From an uncultured Candidatus Saccharibacteria bacterium (lineage in GTDB: Bacteria > Patescibacteriota > Saccharimonadia > Saccharimonadales > SZUA-47), in contig CAYQPN010000001.1 of the NCBI GenBank assembly GCA_964419675.1, positions 173,060-237,059 on the forward strand: DNA of 64,000 nt. The letters run 5' to 3'. The first letter of the stretch is position 1, and each line of letters begins with the position of its first letter. The translations under genes and the position numbers were made by a program. Below the pieces are notes generated by a model that ran no database searches, was not told the DNA's origin, and saw nothing but the letters and a program-made list of their open reading frames with translations. This document shows, one piece after another, positions 51,655 through 61,210 of this stretch.

Positions 51655-53145
51655 ATGAATTGGCGAATAATATGGCGATCATTAAAGCATAACGATATGC
51701 GAAATCGGGTGTTGGCGGTATTAGGCATGATTATTGTTTTTCGTATGTTGGCACAAATACCAATACCCCTCGCAGACCCTACTACACTCAAAGATTTATT
51801 AAATACATTATTCACTGCGACTCAAAATACGCAGTTATTTAGTTTTTTGGATGTTCTTTCGGGCGGTGCATTAGCTAACTTCTCTATCATGCTAATTGGG
51901 CTGGGCCCCTACATTAATGCGAGTATTATAATGCAACTTCTGACCCAGGCAATTCCTAAACTTGAGGCGATGAATAAAGAGGGTGAATACGGACGAAAAA
52001 AGATTAATCAATACACTAGAATTCTTACCTTTCCGTTAGCTATTGTCCAATCAGTAGGAGCACTATATTTAGTAAGACAGCAGGCTCAACAAATATCCGG
52101 AGTAGATATCACCGCTAACGCCACCGCAGGAACTTGGATACTCATGGTCGCAGCTCTCACAGGTGGGGCGATGTTACTGATGTGGTTAGGTGAGCTTATA
52201 ACCGAAAAGGGTGTAGGAAATGGAATAAGCTTATTAATAACAGCAGGTATAGTATCTCAACTCCCTTCAACGGTCGCGTCTATTGTGACAAGTATCTTCT
52301 CGGGCGGAAGTAGTGTTACTTTACTCGGAAAGACTATAAACTATAGGACAGAATCCTTATTTATAGCGTTAACAATACTTGCAGCTACGATTTTGACTAC
52401 TTGGATAGTAGTGAAACTAAATGAGGCGAAAAGAAATATTATAATAAATTATGCTAAACGAGTACAGGGTAACCGCACATATGGAGGTGTAACAACCAAT
52501 TTGCCAGTTAAACTTATTACTGCTGGAGTAATACCTGTAATATTTGCAATTGCGTTCTTGAGTTTGCCTAGTTTTATTGGACAGTTGCTAACCACAAACA
52601 ACAGTGCCAGACTTGTAGAATTAGGAAATAATTTATTGTTATGGTTCCAACAACCATCTAGTCAAACTTTTGCACAACCAGGATGGATACCTTACATTTA
52701 TCCTATCGTGTACTTCACTCTAATTGTTATGTTCACCTACTTCTATACAAGCATAACTTTCAATGCAAAAGAAATTGCTGAAAATTTGCAGAAGCAAGGT
52801 GGATTTATAGAAAGTGTACGAAGTGGAGCAGCAACTGAAAAGTACTTGAAAGTAATAGTAAATAGATTAACTTTCTTTGGAAGCATCTCGCTTGGTTTAG
52901 TAGCTCTTGGTCCTATAGTTGGTCAAGTCTTTTTAGATACCAGTATATCCATAGGGGGAACTAGTGTATTGATTTTGGTGGCTGTAGCGCTTGAAACACT
53001 TCGTCAAGTTGAATCTAGGGCATTGATGGTAACATACGATGATTACTCAACACCAGATTTTGTATACGGACCTACGAACGCTGTAGAAGCTGCTAGTGGT
53101 GCTAGACGACTTAAGTTTTTACCTAAGAGAAAAGCAAAAAAATAA
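51655..53145 (+). CDS. secY: Preprotein translocase subunit SecY
   Basis: Ten-TM SecY pattern (LGMIIVFRMLAQIPIPL, GLGPYINASIIMQLL, WLGELITEKGVGNGISL). At 496 aa it has a C-terminal basic tail. Confidence 0.95.
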   Translation: MNWRIIWRSLKHNDMRNRVLAVLGMIIVFRMLAQIPIPLADPTTLKDLLNTLFTATQNTQLFSFLDVLSGGALANFSIMLIGLGPYINASIIMQLLTQAIPKLEAMNKEGEYGRKKINQYTRILTFPLAIVQSVGALYLVRQQAQQISGVDITANATAGTWILMVAALTGGAMLLMWLGELITEKGVGNGISLLITAGIVSQLPSTVASIVTSIFSGGSSVTLLGKTINYRTESLFIALTILAATILTTWIVVKLNEAKRNIIINYAKRVQGNRTYGGVTTNLPVKLITAGVIPVIFAIAFLSLPSFIGQLLTTNNSARLVELGNNLLLWFQQPSSQTFAQPGWIPYIYPIVYFTLIVMFTYFYTSITFNAKEIAENLQKQGGFIESVRSGAATEKYLKVIVNRLTFFGSISLGLVALGPIVGQVFLDTSISIGGTSVLILVAVALETLRQVESRALMVTYDDYSTPDFVYGPTNAVEAASGARRLKFLPKRKAKK

Positions 53146-53149
53146 ACTC

Positions 53150-53179
53150 TTTACAAACAAGCCCTAACTCTGTTATAAT
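53150..53179 (+). promoter_or_regulatory. Promoter TTTACA-N18-TGtTATAAT upstream of infA
   Basis: TTTACA at 53150-53155, TG at 53171-53172 and TATAAT at 53174-53179. Confidence 0.55.
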
Positions 53180-53198
53180 TCTAAGTTGAATATAATTT

Positions 53199-53420
53199 AT
53201 GGCAGCAAACAAGGAAGTAATCGAATTAACTGGGGTCGTGGTAGAAACATTACCGAGTACTCAGTTTAAGGTAGAACTTGAAAACGGACATAAAATTATA
53301 GCCCATGTAGCCGGAAAGATGCGTAAACATTATATACGTATAGTTCCAGGAGACAGCGTGACGGTTGAACTGACTCCTTACGATCTTACGAAGGGTCGAA
53401 TAACCTACCGCAAAACTTAA
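53199..53420 (+). CDS. infA: Translation initiation factor IF-1
   Basis: S1-like IF-1 sequence ([41 protein letters not shown]). Confidence 0.97.
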   Translation: MAANKEVIELTGVVVETLPSTQFKVELENGHKIIAHVAGKMRKHYIRIVPGDSVTVELTPYDLTKGRITYRKT

Positions 53421-53517
53421 ATTTTTATTAAAACTAGAGCAGTGTGTCTGCCAAAGGGCAGATCCGCAAGAGACTAAATAGTTAGTTTCGATCCTAGCAA
53501 GAGAGGATTCATCAAAG

Positions 53518-53634
53518 ATGAAAGTGCGTGCAAGTGTAAAAAAGATCAGTCCGGACGACAAATTAGTACGTCGTAAGGGTAGATTGTATGTAATAAACAA
53601 GTTTAAGCCTAAGCACAAGCAGAGGCAGGGTTAG
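53518..53634 (+). CDS. rpmJ: 50S ribosomal protein L36, Cys-less (C-) form
   Basis: My own translation, below the ORF-track size cutoff: [38 protein letters not shown]. The usual CxxC...C ligands are replaced by S/D/N. Confidence 0.9.
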   Translation: MKVRASVKKISPDDKLVRRKGRLYVINKFKPKHKQRQG

Positions 53635-53636
53635 AT

Positions 53637-54023
53637 ATGGCCAGAATATCCGGTATAACAATACCTAACGAAAAACAAATACTATATTCGCTTTGCTATG
53701 TACATGGCATAGGTAGAAAGACTAGTTCAGACATATTATCTAGAGCCAACGTGGAAGCAGCAGTTAGAGTTAAAGATTTAACTGATGCCGAAATCTCTAG
53801 AATCCAGGACGTAATTAATGAGAGATTAGTTGTTGAAGGTGAACTACAAAGAGTCGTGACTGCCAACATAAAAAGACTAAAAGATATAAAGTCTTACAGA
53901 GGATCACGTCACACATTGAATCTACCATCAAGAGGTCAACGGACTAGAACCAACGCCAGGACACGTCGTGGTAAAAAAGTAACTGTGAGCGGTACTGCTA
54001 AGAAGGCCGCTACGAAGACCTAA
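53637..54023 (+). CDS. rpsM: 30S ribosomal protein S13
   Basis: MARISGITIP...IKSYRGSRH...GQRTRTNARTRRG. Confidence 0.97.
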   Translation: MARISGITIPNEKQILYSLCYVHGIGRKTSSDILSRANVEAAVRVKDLTDAEISRIQDVINERLVVEGELQRVVTANIKRLKDIKSYRGSRHTLNLPSRGQRTRTNARTRRGKKVTVSGTAKKAATKT

Positions 54024-54037
54024 AGAGGATAATTTAT

Positions 54038-54475
54038 ATGAATGATGAAACAACAATCACACCAGTTTTAGAAGAGACAGACGAAAAGAAGCCTGTTAAG
54101 AGTAGAAAAAAGAAAGTAAAGCGAAGCGTCCCTTACGGACAGATGCATATTAACGCAACGTTCAATAATACTATAGTTAGTTTTACAGATCATAACGGAG
54201 CAGTATTAGCCTCGTCTAGCGCAGGAAGTTGCGGTTTTAGGGGTTCTAAAAAAGGAACCGCCTATGCTGCCCAGATTGCTGCTGAAAAGGCTGGAACACT
54301 AGTAAAGCAACAGTTTGGAATGACAAAAGTTGACGCTATTGTAAAAGGTGTAGGACAAGGACGGGATACCGCTATAAGAGCATTGATAAACTTAGACATA
54401 AGTGTTGAGAAAATCAAGGACATTACACCTATCGCACATGGTGGTGTAAGACCAAGAAAGATGAAGAGAAACTAA
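54038..54475 (+). CDS. rpsK: 30S ribosomal protein S11 with short N-terminal extension
   Basis: HINATFNNTIVSFTD..G...SAGSCGFRGSKK.T.YAAQ...ITPIAHGG.RP.K. Confidence 0.96.
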   Translation: MNDETTITPVLEETDEKKPVKSRKKKVKRSVPYGQMHINATFNNTIVSFTDHNGAVLASSSAGSCGFRGSKKGTAYAAQIAAEKAGTLVKQQFGMTKVDAIVKGVGQGRDTAIRALINLDISVEKIKDITPIAHGGVRPRKMKRN

Positions 54476-54476
54476 A

Positions 54477-55094
54477 ATGGCTAGAGATATACAGTCAATA
54501 GTAAAAATGTCGAGGCGGGAAGGCTATGCATTGCACCCTAAGGCGCATAAGGCACTTGTAAAACGATCAACCCCCCCAGGACAGCAGTCTTCTCGTGGTT
54601 ACCGACAGAAGACAAGCCAATACGCATTACAACTTAGAGAAAAGCAGAAAGTTAAACGATTGTACGGATTGCTTGAAAAGCAATTCTCAAACTTAATGGT
54701 AGAAGCATCTAGGACAAAAGGCCAATCAGGACAAGTTTTGCTAAAGCTTCTTGAACTTAGGGCTGACAATGTCATTTATAGAGCTGGTTTTGCGCCTAGC
54801 AGACGAGCATCGCGACAATTAGTCACGCACGGTCACTTCATGCTAAACGGCCGTAGATTTGATATCCCGTCATTAAAGCTAAAAATTGGCGATGAACTAG
54901 TACTTAGAGATCACAGCAAACAAACTGATTATTTTAAGAGGTTAGATGAAACAAGCCCAGCTATGGAAGGAGCTGTATCTTGGTTAAAGGTTAATCGAAA
55001 AAATGTTTCGGTTTCAGTTAGTGCTGAACCGGTAAGAGAAGAGACTGAGCCAGATATCAATGAACAATTAATAGTCGAGTATTACTCGCGATAA
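54477..55094 (+). CDS. rpsD: 30S ribosomal protein S4
   Basis: [22 protein letters not shown] and the S4 domain [26 protein letters not shown]. Confidence 0.96.
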   Translation: [205 protein letters not shown]

Positions 55095-55114
55095 TTTAGA
55101 AGGAAAGAAAATAT

Positions 55115-56062
55115 ATGTCAAACCACATTAACACACCAACTATAACCAGCGTTCAGGATGATGCCGATAACACAGCTACATTTGTCGTAGAGCCACTTCA
55201 CAGTGGTTACGGAATGACGCTAGGAAATAGTATAAGAAGAGTACTTCTATCTAGCATTTCTGGCGCAGCTATAACATCATTTAGGATTGATAACATTGCT
55301 CATGAGTTTACTACCGTTAAGGGTGTAAAAGAAGATGTAGTAGACATTATGCAGAACCTAAAGGGCGTAAGATTTAAGGTTTATTCAGAAGAACCACAAA
55401 CCCTTGTACTAGAGAAAAAAGGCTCAGGAAATCTTACGGCAGCAGACATTAAGACTAACGCTGACGTAGAAGTTGTTAACAAAGATCACCACATCGCTAC
55501 CATAGACGGAAAAACTGGATTTAAGGGCGAGGTTGTAGTTGAAGTTGGTCGTGGATATCGAACAATAGAAGAAACATCCGAAACACGCCAAAGTTCAGAT
55601 TTTATTGCTCTAGATGCAATATTTACTCCTGTCTTAAGAGTAAGATACAAAGTTGAAAATACTCGTGTAGGACAAATGACTAACCTAGATAAGCTAGTAT
55701 TAACAGCAGAAACAGATGGAACTATTACTCCGAGAGATGCCTTTGAAGAGGCTTCAGCAATTTTGGTTAATCAATATGCTGCTCTAGCTGGTAAAACAAC
55801 TGTCGAAGCTGTTCCTTTGGAAATGCAAGCTCCAACTAATCAATTTTCAGGCTCAAGCGAATCTGAAGAAAAGGATGCGCTTACAACTTCTATTGAGGAT
55901 TTGAATTTCTCAGCTCGTACAACAAATGCACTTATAAATAACGATATTCATACGCTAAAAGACCTATTTAGTCTTACAGATGCAGAACTAAAGGATCTTA
56001 AAGGATTTGGAAGTAAAGCACTCGATGAAGTAAGAGAAAAATTGGCGGAATTGGAACTCTAA
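55115..56062 (+). CDS. rpoA: DNA-directed RNA polymerase subunit alpha
   Basis: Alpha N-terminal domain (EPLHSGYGMTLGNSIRRVLLSSI) and alpha C-terminal domain (LNFSARTTNALINNDIHTLKDL). Confidence 0.96.
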   Translation: MSNHINTPTITSVQDDADNTATFVVEPLHSGYGMTLGNSIRRVLLSSISGAAITSFRIDNIAHEFTTVKGVKEDVVDIMQNLKGVRFKVYSEEPQTLVLEKKGSGNLTAADIKTNADVEVVNKDHHIATIDGKTGFKGEVVVEVGRGYRTIEETSETRQSSDFIALDAIFTPVLRVRYKVENTRVGQMTNLDKLVLTAETDGTITPRDAFEEASAILVNQYAALAGKTTVEAVPLEMQAPTNQFSGSSESEEKDALTTSIEDLNFSARTTNALINNDIHTLKDLFSLTDAELKDLKGFGSKALDEVREKLAELEL

Positions 56063-56063
56063 T

Positions 56064-56588
56064 ATGCACAGACACGGATATAAAGGACGTAAATTTGGTA
56101 GAGAACGCGATCAGCGTGAAGCTCTAATTAAAGGGTTAGCAAACAGCTTGGTGCTTCACGAATCAATTGAAACAACTCTAGAAAAAGCCAAAGACTTGCG
56201 ACCATACTTAGAAAAATTAATCACAAAAGCAAAAAAAGGTGATTTACATAATAGAAGACAAGTAATAGCTGGCTTGCAGACACTGGAAGCTGCTCATAAG
56301 CTTGTAGACAGTATAGCGCCTAAAATTGCTCGTTCTAGTGGATATTTAAGAATAGTAAGAACAGAAACAAGACGTGGAGACAATGCTCAGCTTGCCAGAA
56401 TTTCATTTGTAGATGACCTAAAAGCCACTAAAGCGAAGTCCCGTAGTGCTGAAGAGTCTACTACAGGGATAGCAAAATCTGAATCAACGGACGTAAAAGT
56501 AAAAACTGCTAAAACTGTTTCAACAAAGCCGGCTGCAGTTAAAAAAGCGCCTGCTAAAAAGACTGTTGCTAAAAAAGGAGCGAAATAA
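56064..56588 (+). CDS. rplQ: 50S ribosomal protein L17 with Lys/Ala-rich C-terminal tail
   Basis: MHRHGYKGRKFGRERDQREAL...GGYLRI followed by a K/A/T tail of about 55 aa. Confidence 0.95.
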   Translation: MHRHGYKGRKFGRERDQREALIKGLANSLVLHESIETTLEKAKDLRPYLEKLITKAKKGDLHNRRQVIAGLQTLEAAHKLVDSIAPKIARSSGYLRIVRTETRRGDNAQLARISFVDDLKATKAKSRSAEESTTGIAKSESTDVKVKTAKTVSTKPAAVKKAPAKKTVAKKGAK

Positions 56589-57031
56589 TGAAGACTTATA
56601 GCGCAAAACCAGCTGACATAACCCGCAAATGGTATGTTGTAGATGCAAGCGAAGCTCCTATTGGTCGTATAAGCACTAAAATTGCAACTCTACTAACAGG
56701 CAAAGGCAAGCCGATGTTTACTAGCCATATAGACTGTGGTGATTTTGTGGTAGTTATCAATTCTGACAAGACAGTCTTTACAGGTCAAAAAGAACTAGAC
56801 AAGAAATACTACAGGCACAGTGGCTTTCCGGGTGGAATAAAAGAACGGTCAGTTGGCGAACAAAGAGTTAAAGACTCAACTTTTTTGGTTAGAAATTCTG
56901 TACGGGGTATGTTGCCAGTTAATAAATTAAGAGACGCAAGACTTCAAAGGCTGAAAATCTATACAGGTGCAGAACATGGTCATGAAGCTCAGAAACCAGA
57001 AACGTTAAGCTTCAAGAAGGGTACAAAATAA
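56588..57031 (+). CDS. rplM: 50S ribosomal protein L13
   Basis: RKWYVVDASEAPIGRISTKIATLLTGK...YYRHSGFPGG. Confidence 0.96.
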   Translation: MKTYSAKPADITRKWYVVDASEAPIGRISTKIATLLTGKGKPMFTSHIDCGDFVVVINSDKTVFTGQKELDKKYYRHSGFPGGIKERSVGEQRVKDSTFLVRNSVRGMLPVNKLRDARLQRLKIYTGAEHGHEAQKPETLSFKKGTK

Positions 57032-57423
57032 TGGCTGAACATTATACATACGCAATAGGACGAAGAAAAAGTGCAAACGCCAAGATTCGTCTAACGAATG
57101 GAAAAGGACTAATCACTATTAACGGGAAGTCAGCTTCAGATTACTTTGCAGGCGCCTCTAAACTACTAGAGGGATTACTAGAGCCATTTAAAGCTATAGA
57201 AGATAACAAATATGATGTTTCAGTAGTAGTTGATGGTGGCGGACATTCAGGACAGGTCGACGCTATTAAACTTGGAATCGCTAAAGCACTAGTTTTGAAG
57301 AATGACGCGCTCAAAGCAACTCTTAGAAAAGCTGAACTATTAGGAAGAGATTCGAGAGAGAAAGAACGTAAGAAGTTCGGTCTAAAGGGCGCTCGAAAAC
57401 AACGCCAGTTCACAAAACGTTAA
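57031..57423 (+). CDS. rpsI: 30S ribosomal protein S9
   Basis: GRRKSANAKIRL..G.G.ITING...GGG.SGQ..AI.LGIA.AL...RD.R.KERKK.GL.GARK..QF.KR. Confidence 0.96.
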   Translation: MAEHYTYAIGRRKSANAKIRLTNGKGLITINGKSASDYFAGASKLLEGLLEPFKAIEDNKYDVSVVVDGGGHSGQVDAIKLGIAKALVLKNDALKATLRKAELLGRDSREKERKKFGLKGARKQRQFTKR

Positions 57424-57459
57424 TTACAAAAATTACTGCAACATATTCAACTTGTAAGT

Positions 57460-57465
57460 TATACT
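57460..57465 (+). promoter_or_regulatory. -10 element TATACT 8 nt upstream of the trpS ATG (leaderless-type arrangement)
   Basis: TATACT at 57460-57465 and ATG at 57474, with no Shine-Dalgarno in between. Confidence 0.35.
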
Positions 57466-57473
57466 AAGTACTA

Positions 57474-58502
57474 ATGAGTAAGAAGGTAATACTAACTGGT
57501 TTACGAACTAATGCTGAGTACCATCTAGGAAATTATTTAGGTGCTCTAATGCCAATGGTAAAAATGGCACATTCTAAGGCTGGAGAGTATCAAGTAAACT
57601 TGTTTGCACCAGATCTTCATAGCTTTACAACGCCCATAGATTTCACTACTTTTCATGAACAAACTTTGCAGAATTTGAAGCTTTTTGTAGCTTGTGGCTT
57701 TCCGTTGGATAAAGAAGACGTATACTTGTACCGCCAGAGCAGGATACCGGCTAATTCAGAACTAACCTGGATATTATCTTGTTTCACGGGCTTCGGAGAG
57801 ATGGCCAGAATGGTTGAATTTAAAGATAAATCTGAAAAACTCGGAGATGATAGAGTTACAGTAGGGTTGTTTAGCTACCCAATGCTTATGGCATGCGACA
57901 TTTTACTCTACAATGCTTCATATGTCCCTCTTGGAGAAGACCAGCGCCAACATCTAGAATTCACTAGAGAAATAGCTAAAAGAATAAATAATAGGTTCGG
58001 AGAATTGTTTGTAGTACCTGAAGCACAAGATAAACAACAATCTATCCTAAGCCGAGAAACTGCGCCTAGAATTAGAAGTTTGCGAGATCCTAGCAAAAAA
58101 ATGAGTAAAAGTGTTGATGATCCTGCAGGAACTATTAAGCTCAGTGATTCACCCAAAGAAGCTACTAAAAAAATAATGGGTGCGACAACTGACAATATTG
58201 GAATTATTAATTTTGACTGGAATTTGCAGCCCGGGATAACAAATTTACTTCAAATTCTATCTATATTGCAAGAAGTACCTCAGTCTGAGATTAATAAATT
58301 GTGGACAGGTAAAACAAGCTACGGAGACTTAAAAACAGCAGTATCAGAAGCAGTTGCAAAAACACTTGATACTATTCAAAGTAGTTTAAAAAATGTATCT
58401 GAAACTGAACTTATGAAAAAAATTGAAGAGTCTGAAGCAAAAATGAACGAGGTCGCAAACCAAACGCTACGAAAAGTACAAAAAGCAATCGGTCTGTATT
58501 AA
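57474..58502 (+). CDS. trpS: Tryptophan--tRNA ligase
   Basis: Class I aminoacyl-tRNA synthetase with a HIGH-region variant (YHLGNYLGA), KMSKS (KKMSKS) and GEDQRQHLEFTREIA. Confidence 0.9.
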   Translation: MSKKVILTGLRTNAEYHLGNYLGALMPMVKMAHSKAGEYQVNLFAPDLHSFTTPIDFTTFHEQTLQNLKLFVACGFPLDKEDVYLYRQSRIPANSELTWILSCFTGFGEMARMVEFKDKSEKLGDDRVTVGLFSYPMLMACDILLYNASYVPLGEDQRQHLEFTREIAKRINNRFGELFVVPEAQDKQQSILSRETAPRIRSLRDPSKKMSKSVDDPAGTIKLSDSPKEATKKIMGATTDNIGIINFDWNLQPGITNLLQILSILQEVPQSEINKLWTGKTSYGDLKTAVSEAVAKTLDTIQSSLKNVSETELMKKIEESEAKMNEVANQTLRKVQKAIGLY

Positions 58503-58507
58503 TAGTA

Positions 58508-59380
58508 ATGCCAAAACAACACCTGATAATAACTGAAGATGACGGCGTTGTTCGAATTGATAAGTTTTTAGCAAAGAAATTTCCTGAATACTCTAGAGCT
58601 GCTCTTGCAAAGTTATTCGACCTAAATCTAATTAAGCGTGAAGCTATTAGTCTAAAACCAGGTGAAAAGGCGCGTCCGGGTAACATAATCGAATATGACC
58701 TAGGGCCACTTCAAGAAGTCCCTGAGGTTATTCAGTTACCTATAATCTATGAAGATGACGACGTAGTTGTAGTAGATAAACCAGCCGGAATAATTTCTCA
58801 CGCAAGAGGGCGTTTTTGGCAAGAGGCTTCAGTTGCTTCATTTGTCCGCGACAAAGTTAAAAATGCTACAGGTGATAGAGCCGGAATCGTACATAGACTA
58901 GATAGAGCGACGAGCGGTGTAATGATTTGTGCGAAACATGAGGCTGCTTTAAAAATGTTACAAAAACAATTTCATGATAGATTAGTTAAAAAGACATACA
59001 TAGCAGTAATTAAGGGTGAACTTGAGCCTAAAAAAGCTCAGATAATTGCGCCTATAGGCAGGAACTTGAACAATCCAAAACAATTTCACGTAACAACACT
59101 AGGAAAACAAGCAGAAACAGTTTATGAAGTCCTTGAAAGTGAAAATGGTTACTCTCTTGTTCAGCTTACACCTGCTACAGGGCGTACGCACCAGCTAAGA
59201 GTACATTTAGACCACATAGGTTACCCAATAGTTGGAGACGCACTCTACAACGGCGAGGAGGCCGATAGGCTATTACTTCACGCACAAAGCCTTGAGATAA
59301 AGTTACCGAGCGGGGAAGTCAAGTTATTTAAGAGTAAATTACCCAAAGAATTTAAGGATAAGCTGAATAATGTTAAATAA
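58508..59380 (+). CDS. RluA/RluD-family 23S rRNA pseudouridine synthase
   Basis: N-terminal S4-like domain, catalytic HRLDRATSGVMICAK and the RTHQLRVH motif. Confidence 0.88.
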   Translation: MPKQHLIITEDDGVVRIDKFLAKKFPEYSRAALAKLFDLNLIKREAISLKPGEKARPGNIIEYDLGPLQEVPEVIQLPIIYEDDDVVVVDKPAGIISHARGRFWQEASVASFVRDKVKNATGDRAGIVHRLDRATSGVMICAKHEAALKMLQKQFHDRLVKKTYIAVIKGELEPKKAQIIAPIGRNLNNPKQFHVTTLGKQAETVYEVLESENGYSLVQLTPATGRTHQLRVHLDHIGYPIVGDALYNGEEADRLLLHAQSLEIKLPSGEVKLFKSKLPKEFKDKLNNVK

Positions 59381-60215
59381 TCTTCTTCTAAATCCAACCA
59401 CTCTTAAATGGATTAATGCATATATAAAACGGCCTTCTGCAAGTTTATTGATAAATTCTAATGGCGACCAAGACACAGCAATAAAAATTATCGAATCAAT
59501 TCATAAAAAGCTTGTAAGTACTAAATCGCCTTTAATTACTGTTTTCCCAGATAAAGATAGTATAACCATAGACCAAATTAGAAGTTTACAGCATTCTCTC
59601 TCGTTAGTTGCTGATAAAACAAAAAGTCAGATTACGCGGATAGCCATAATACATCAAGCGAACTTACTAACGAATGAAGCACAAAACGCGCTTCTGAAAC
59701 TTATTGAAGAGCTTCCAAAAAGGACAATAGTGTGTTTACTAGCAGATAATAAAAATAACTTGCTAGAGACAATTATATCAAGATGTTTTTCCATAGAGAT
59801 ATTGCCAATCTTTAAGGAACAAGCTATAAAATACGCCGATTTAGCTGGCTATGATAAGGCAGAGTCACAAAAAGCTTACTTACTTTCAGAAGGAAATGCT
59901 AGCTTGTTCACTCAATACCTTCAAAATGGATATACAGAAGCAGAGATTCATATAAACAAAGCTAAGCTTTTTGTATCTTCTAGCGGATTTGTAAGGCAGG
60001 AGATACTGTTGGAACTATATAAGGATAAGGAAGCATTGAACAGTTTTGTGAAATATTTAGAGCTGATAAGTAAGACGGCTTTGAGAAGTGCGAATAATTT
60101 AAAAGCTAAACAAAACTGGAGATTAGTTTACCAAGAAACTATTAAAGCAAAGAAACAATTAAGTTCAAATGTTTCTCCAAATCTAGCACTACTGAGATTA
60201 AGTTTGGAAATATAA
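59370..60215 (+). CDS. holB: DNA polymerase III delta' subunit-like clamp-loader protein
   Basis: NALLKLIEELP (NALLKTLEEPP-type) and the SRC motif (IISRCFSIEI). The Walker A is degenerate. It overlaps the preceding gene by 11 nt. Confidence 0.75.
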   Translation: MLNNLLLNPTTLKWINAYIKRPSASLLINSNGDQDTAIKIIESIHKKLVSTKSPLITVFPDKDSITIDQIRSLQHSLSLVADKTKSQITRIAIIHQANLLTNEAQNALLKLIEELPKRTIVCLLADNKNNLLETIISRCFSIEILPIFKEQAIKYADLAGYDKAESQKAYLLSEGNASLFTQYLQNGYTEAEIHINKAKLFVSSSGFVRQEILLELYKDKEALNSFVKYLELISKTALRSANNLKAKQNWRLVYQETIKAKKQLSSNVSPNLALLRLSLEI

Positions 60216-60240
60216 CTATTTTGCGTAGTATAATGATGCA

Positions 60241-60897
60241 ATGACCTCATTAATATTTTTGTTTGTATTCGGTGTAATTGCACTACTTTCTAGCAAAATA
60301 AGAGATACAGAACTTTCTCCTATACCCCTTAAAATTAGTGATAGAATGGGTAAACTTTGGGAAATTGCCCACCAAGGAATGCGAGACAATAGATTGCTGA
60401 GGGCCGAAAAAGCACTATTGACTATACTAAATATGGATGAAAAGAACGCTGCAGCCTATAACCGCTTAGGGATTCTATATGCAAAACAAAAAGAATTTAA
60501 AGATGCCATAGACTGTTTTGAGATTGCTAGCAGTATCGAGCCATCAGCCTCAAGCCTTCATAACTTGGGACTAATATATTATGAAACGGAGAATTTTGAG
60601 AAAGCTTCGACCGCTTTTGAACAAGCTCTAAAACTAGAGGATCAATTAGCAGCAAGACACATAGCGCACGCTAAAGCTAATGAGAAACTCGGAAATCACG
60701 GCGTTATGGTGTCAGCACTTCAAAAAGCGGTAGAGCTTGAGCCTACAAGAGAATCACTAACACTTTTGTACCAAGCCTATATATCTCAGGGAATGGAAAA
60801 TGAAGCAAAATTAGTAGAGAGACGGTTAGAGAGAACTAAAGCGGTATCGTCTCAAACTCCGAAAAAAGTCATGCGTCCCAGGAGAGTCGTTGTATAA
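60241..60897 (+). CDS. Membrane-anchored tetratricopeptide (TPR) repeat protein
   Basis: N-terminal TM helix followed by TPR-like repeats (AAYNRLGILYAKQKEFKDAIDCFEIASSIEP, LHNLGLIYYETENFEKASTAFEQALKLE). Confidence 0.75.
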   Translation: MTSLIFLFVFGVIALLSSKIRDTELSPIPLKISDRMGKLWEIAHQGMRDNRLLRAEKALLTILNMDEKNAAAYNRLGILYAKQKEFKDAIDCFEIASSIEPSASSLHNLGLIYYETENFEKASTAFEQALKLEDQLAARHIAHAKANEKLGNHGVMVSALQKAVELEPTRESLTLLYQAYISQGMENEAKLVERRLERTKAVSSQTPKKVMRPRRVVV

Positions 60898-60918
60898 GAC
60901 TGAAATTATTTTTCAGTC
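60898..60918. terminator. 8-bp hairpin (GACTGAAA-ttatt-TTTCAGTC) between the convergent TPR and SemiSWEET genes
   Basis: The inverted repeat was read directly. It overlaps the 3' end of the SemiSWEET ORF. Confidence 0.4.
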
Positions 60919-61157
60919 ATCTTAAGGATAAGGATAAGGATAACAGCGCTTGACAGTGCAACAACACTATTTGTAATAATTATTGCTAGAGAATTTGCCT
61001 CAACTCCATACAATATCCAAACTATTGAGCCAGAAACTAACAACAGGTAAGTTGGTAAAGATAAATCTCTGGTCTGACGTGTCTTAATAGTCTTAACCGC
61101 TTGTGGCAGAAAAGCAGCGATTGTTAAAACTGCTCCGATATACGATAGTGTTTCCAT
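60906..61157 (-). CDS. SemiSWEET / PQ-loop family sugar transporter (3-TM)
   Basis: 83 aa with three TM helices and the PQ motif (AAFLPQAVKTIKTRQTRDLS). Confidence 0.8.
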   Translation of the reverse strand: METLSYIGAVLTIAAFLPQAVKTIKTRQTRDLSLPTYLLLVSGSIVWILYGVEANSLAIIITNSVVALSSAVILILILKMTEK

Positions 61158-61194
61158 TGTTTGAGTATAACAGTTACTTCGTAAAAACGTTTTT

Positions 61195-61210
61195 GTGCAG
61201 GGTGTAGGAT
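61195..61210 (-). pseudogene. Orphan copy of the 3' end of tRNA-Tyr (16-nt exact duplicate, degenerate beyond)
   Basis: GTGCAGGGTGTAGGAT at 61195-61210 is identical to 61348-61363 inside the intact tRNA-Tyr, and the next roughly 10 nt are loosely similar. Confidence 0.6.
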
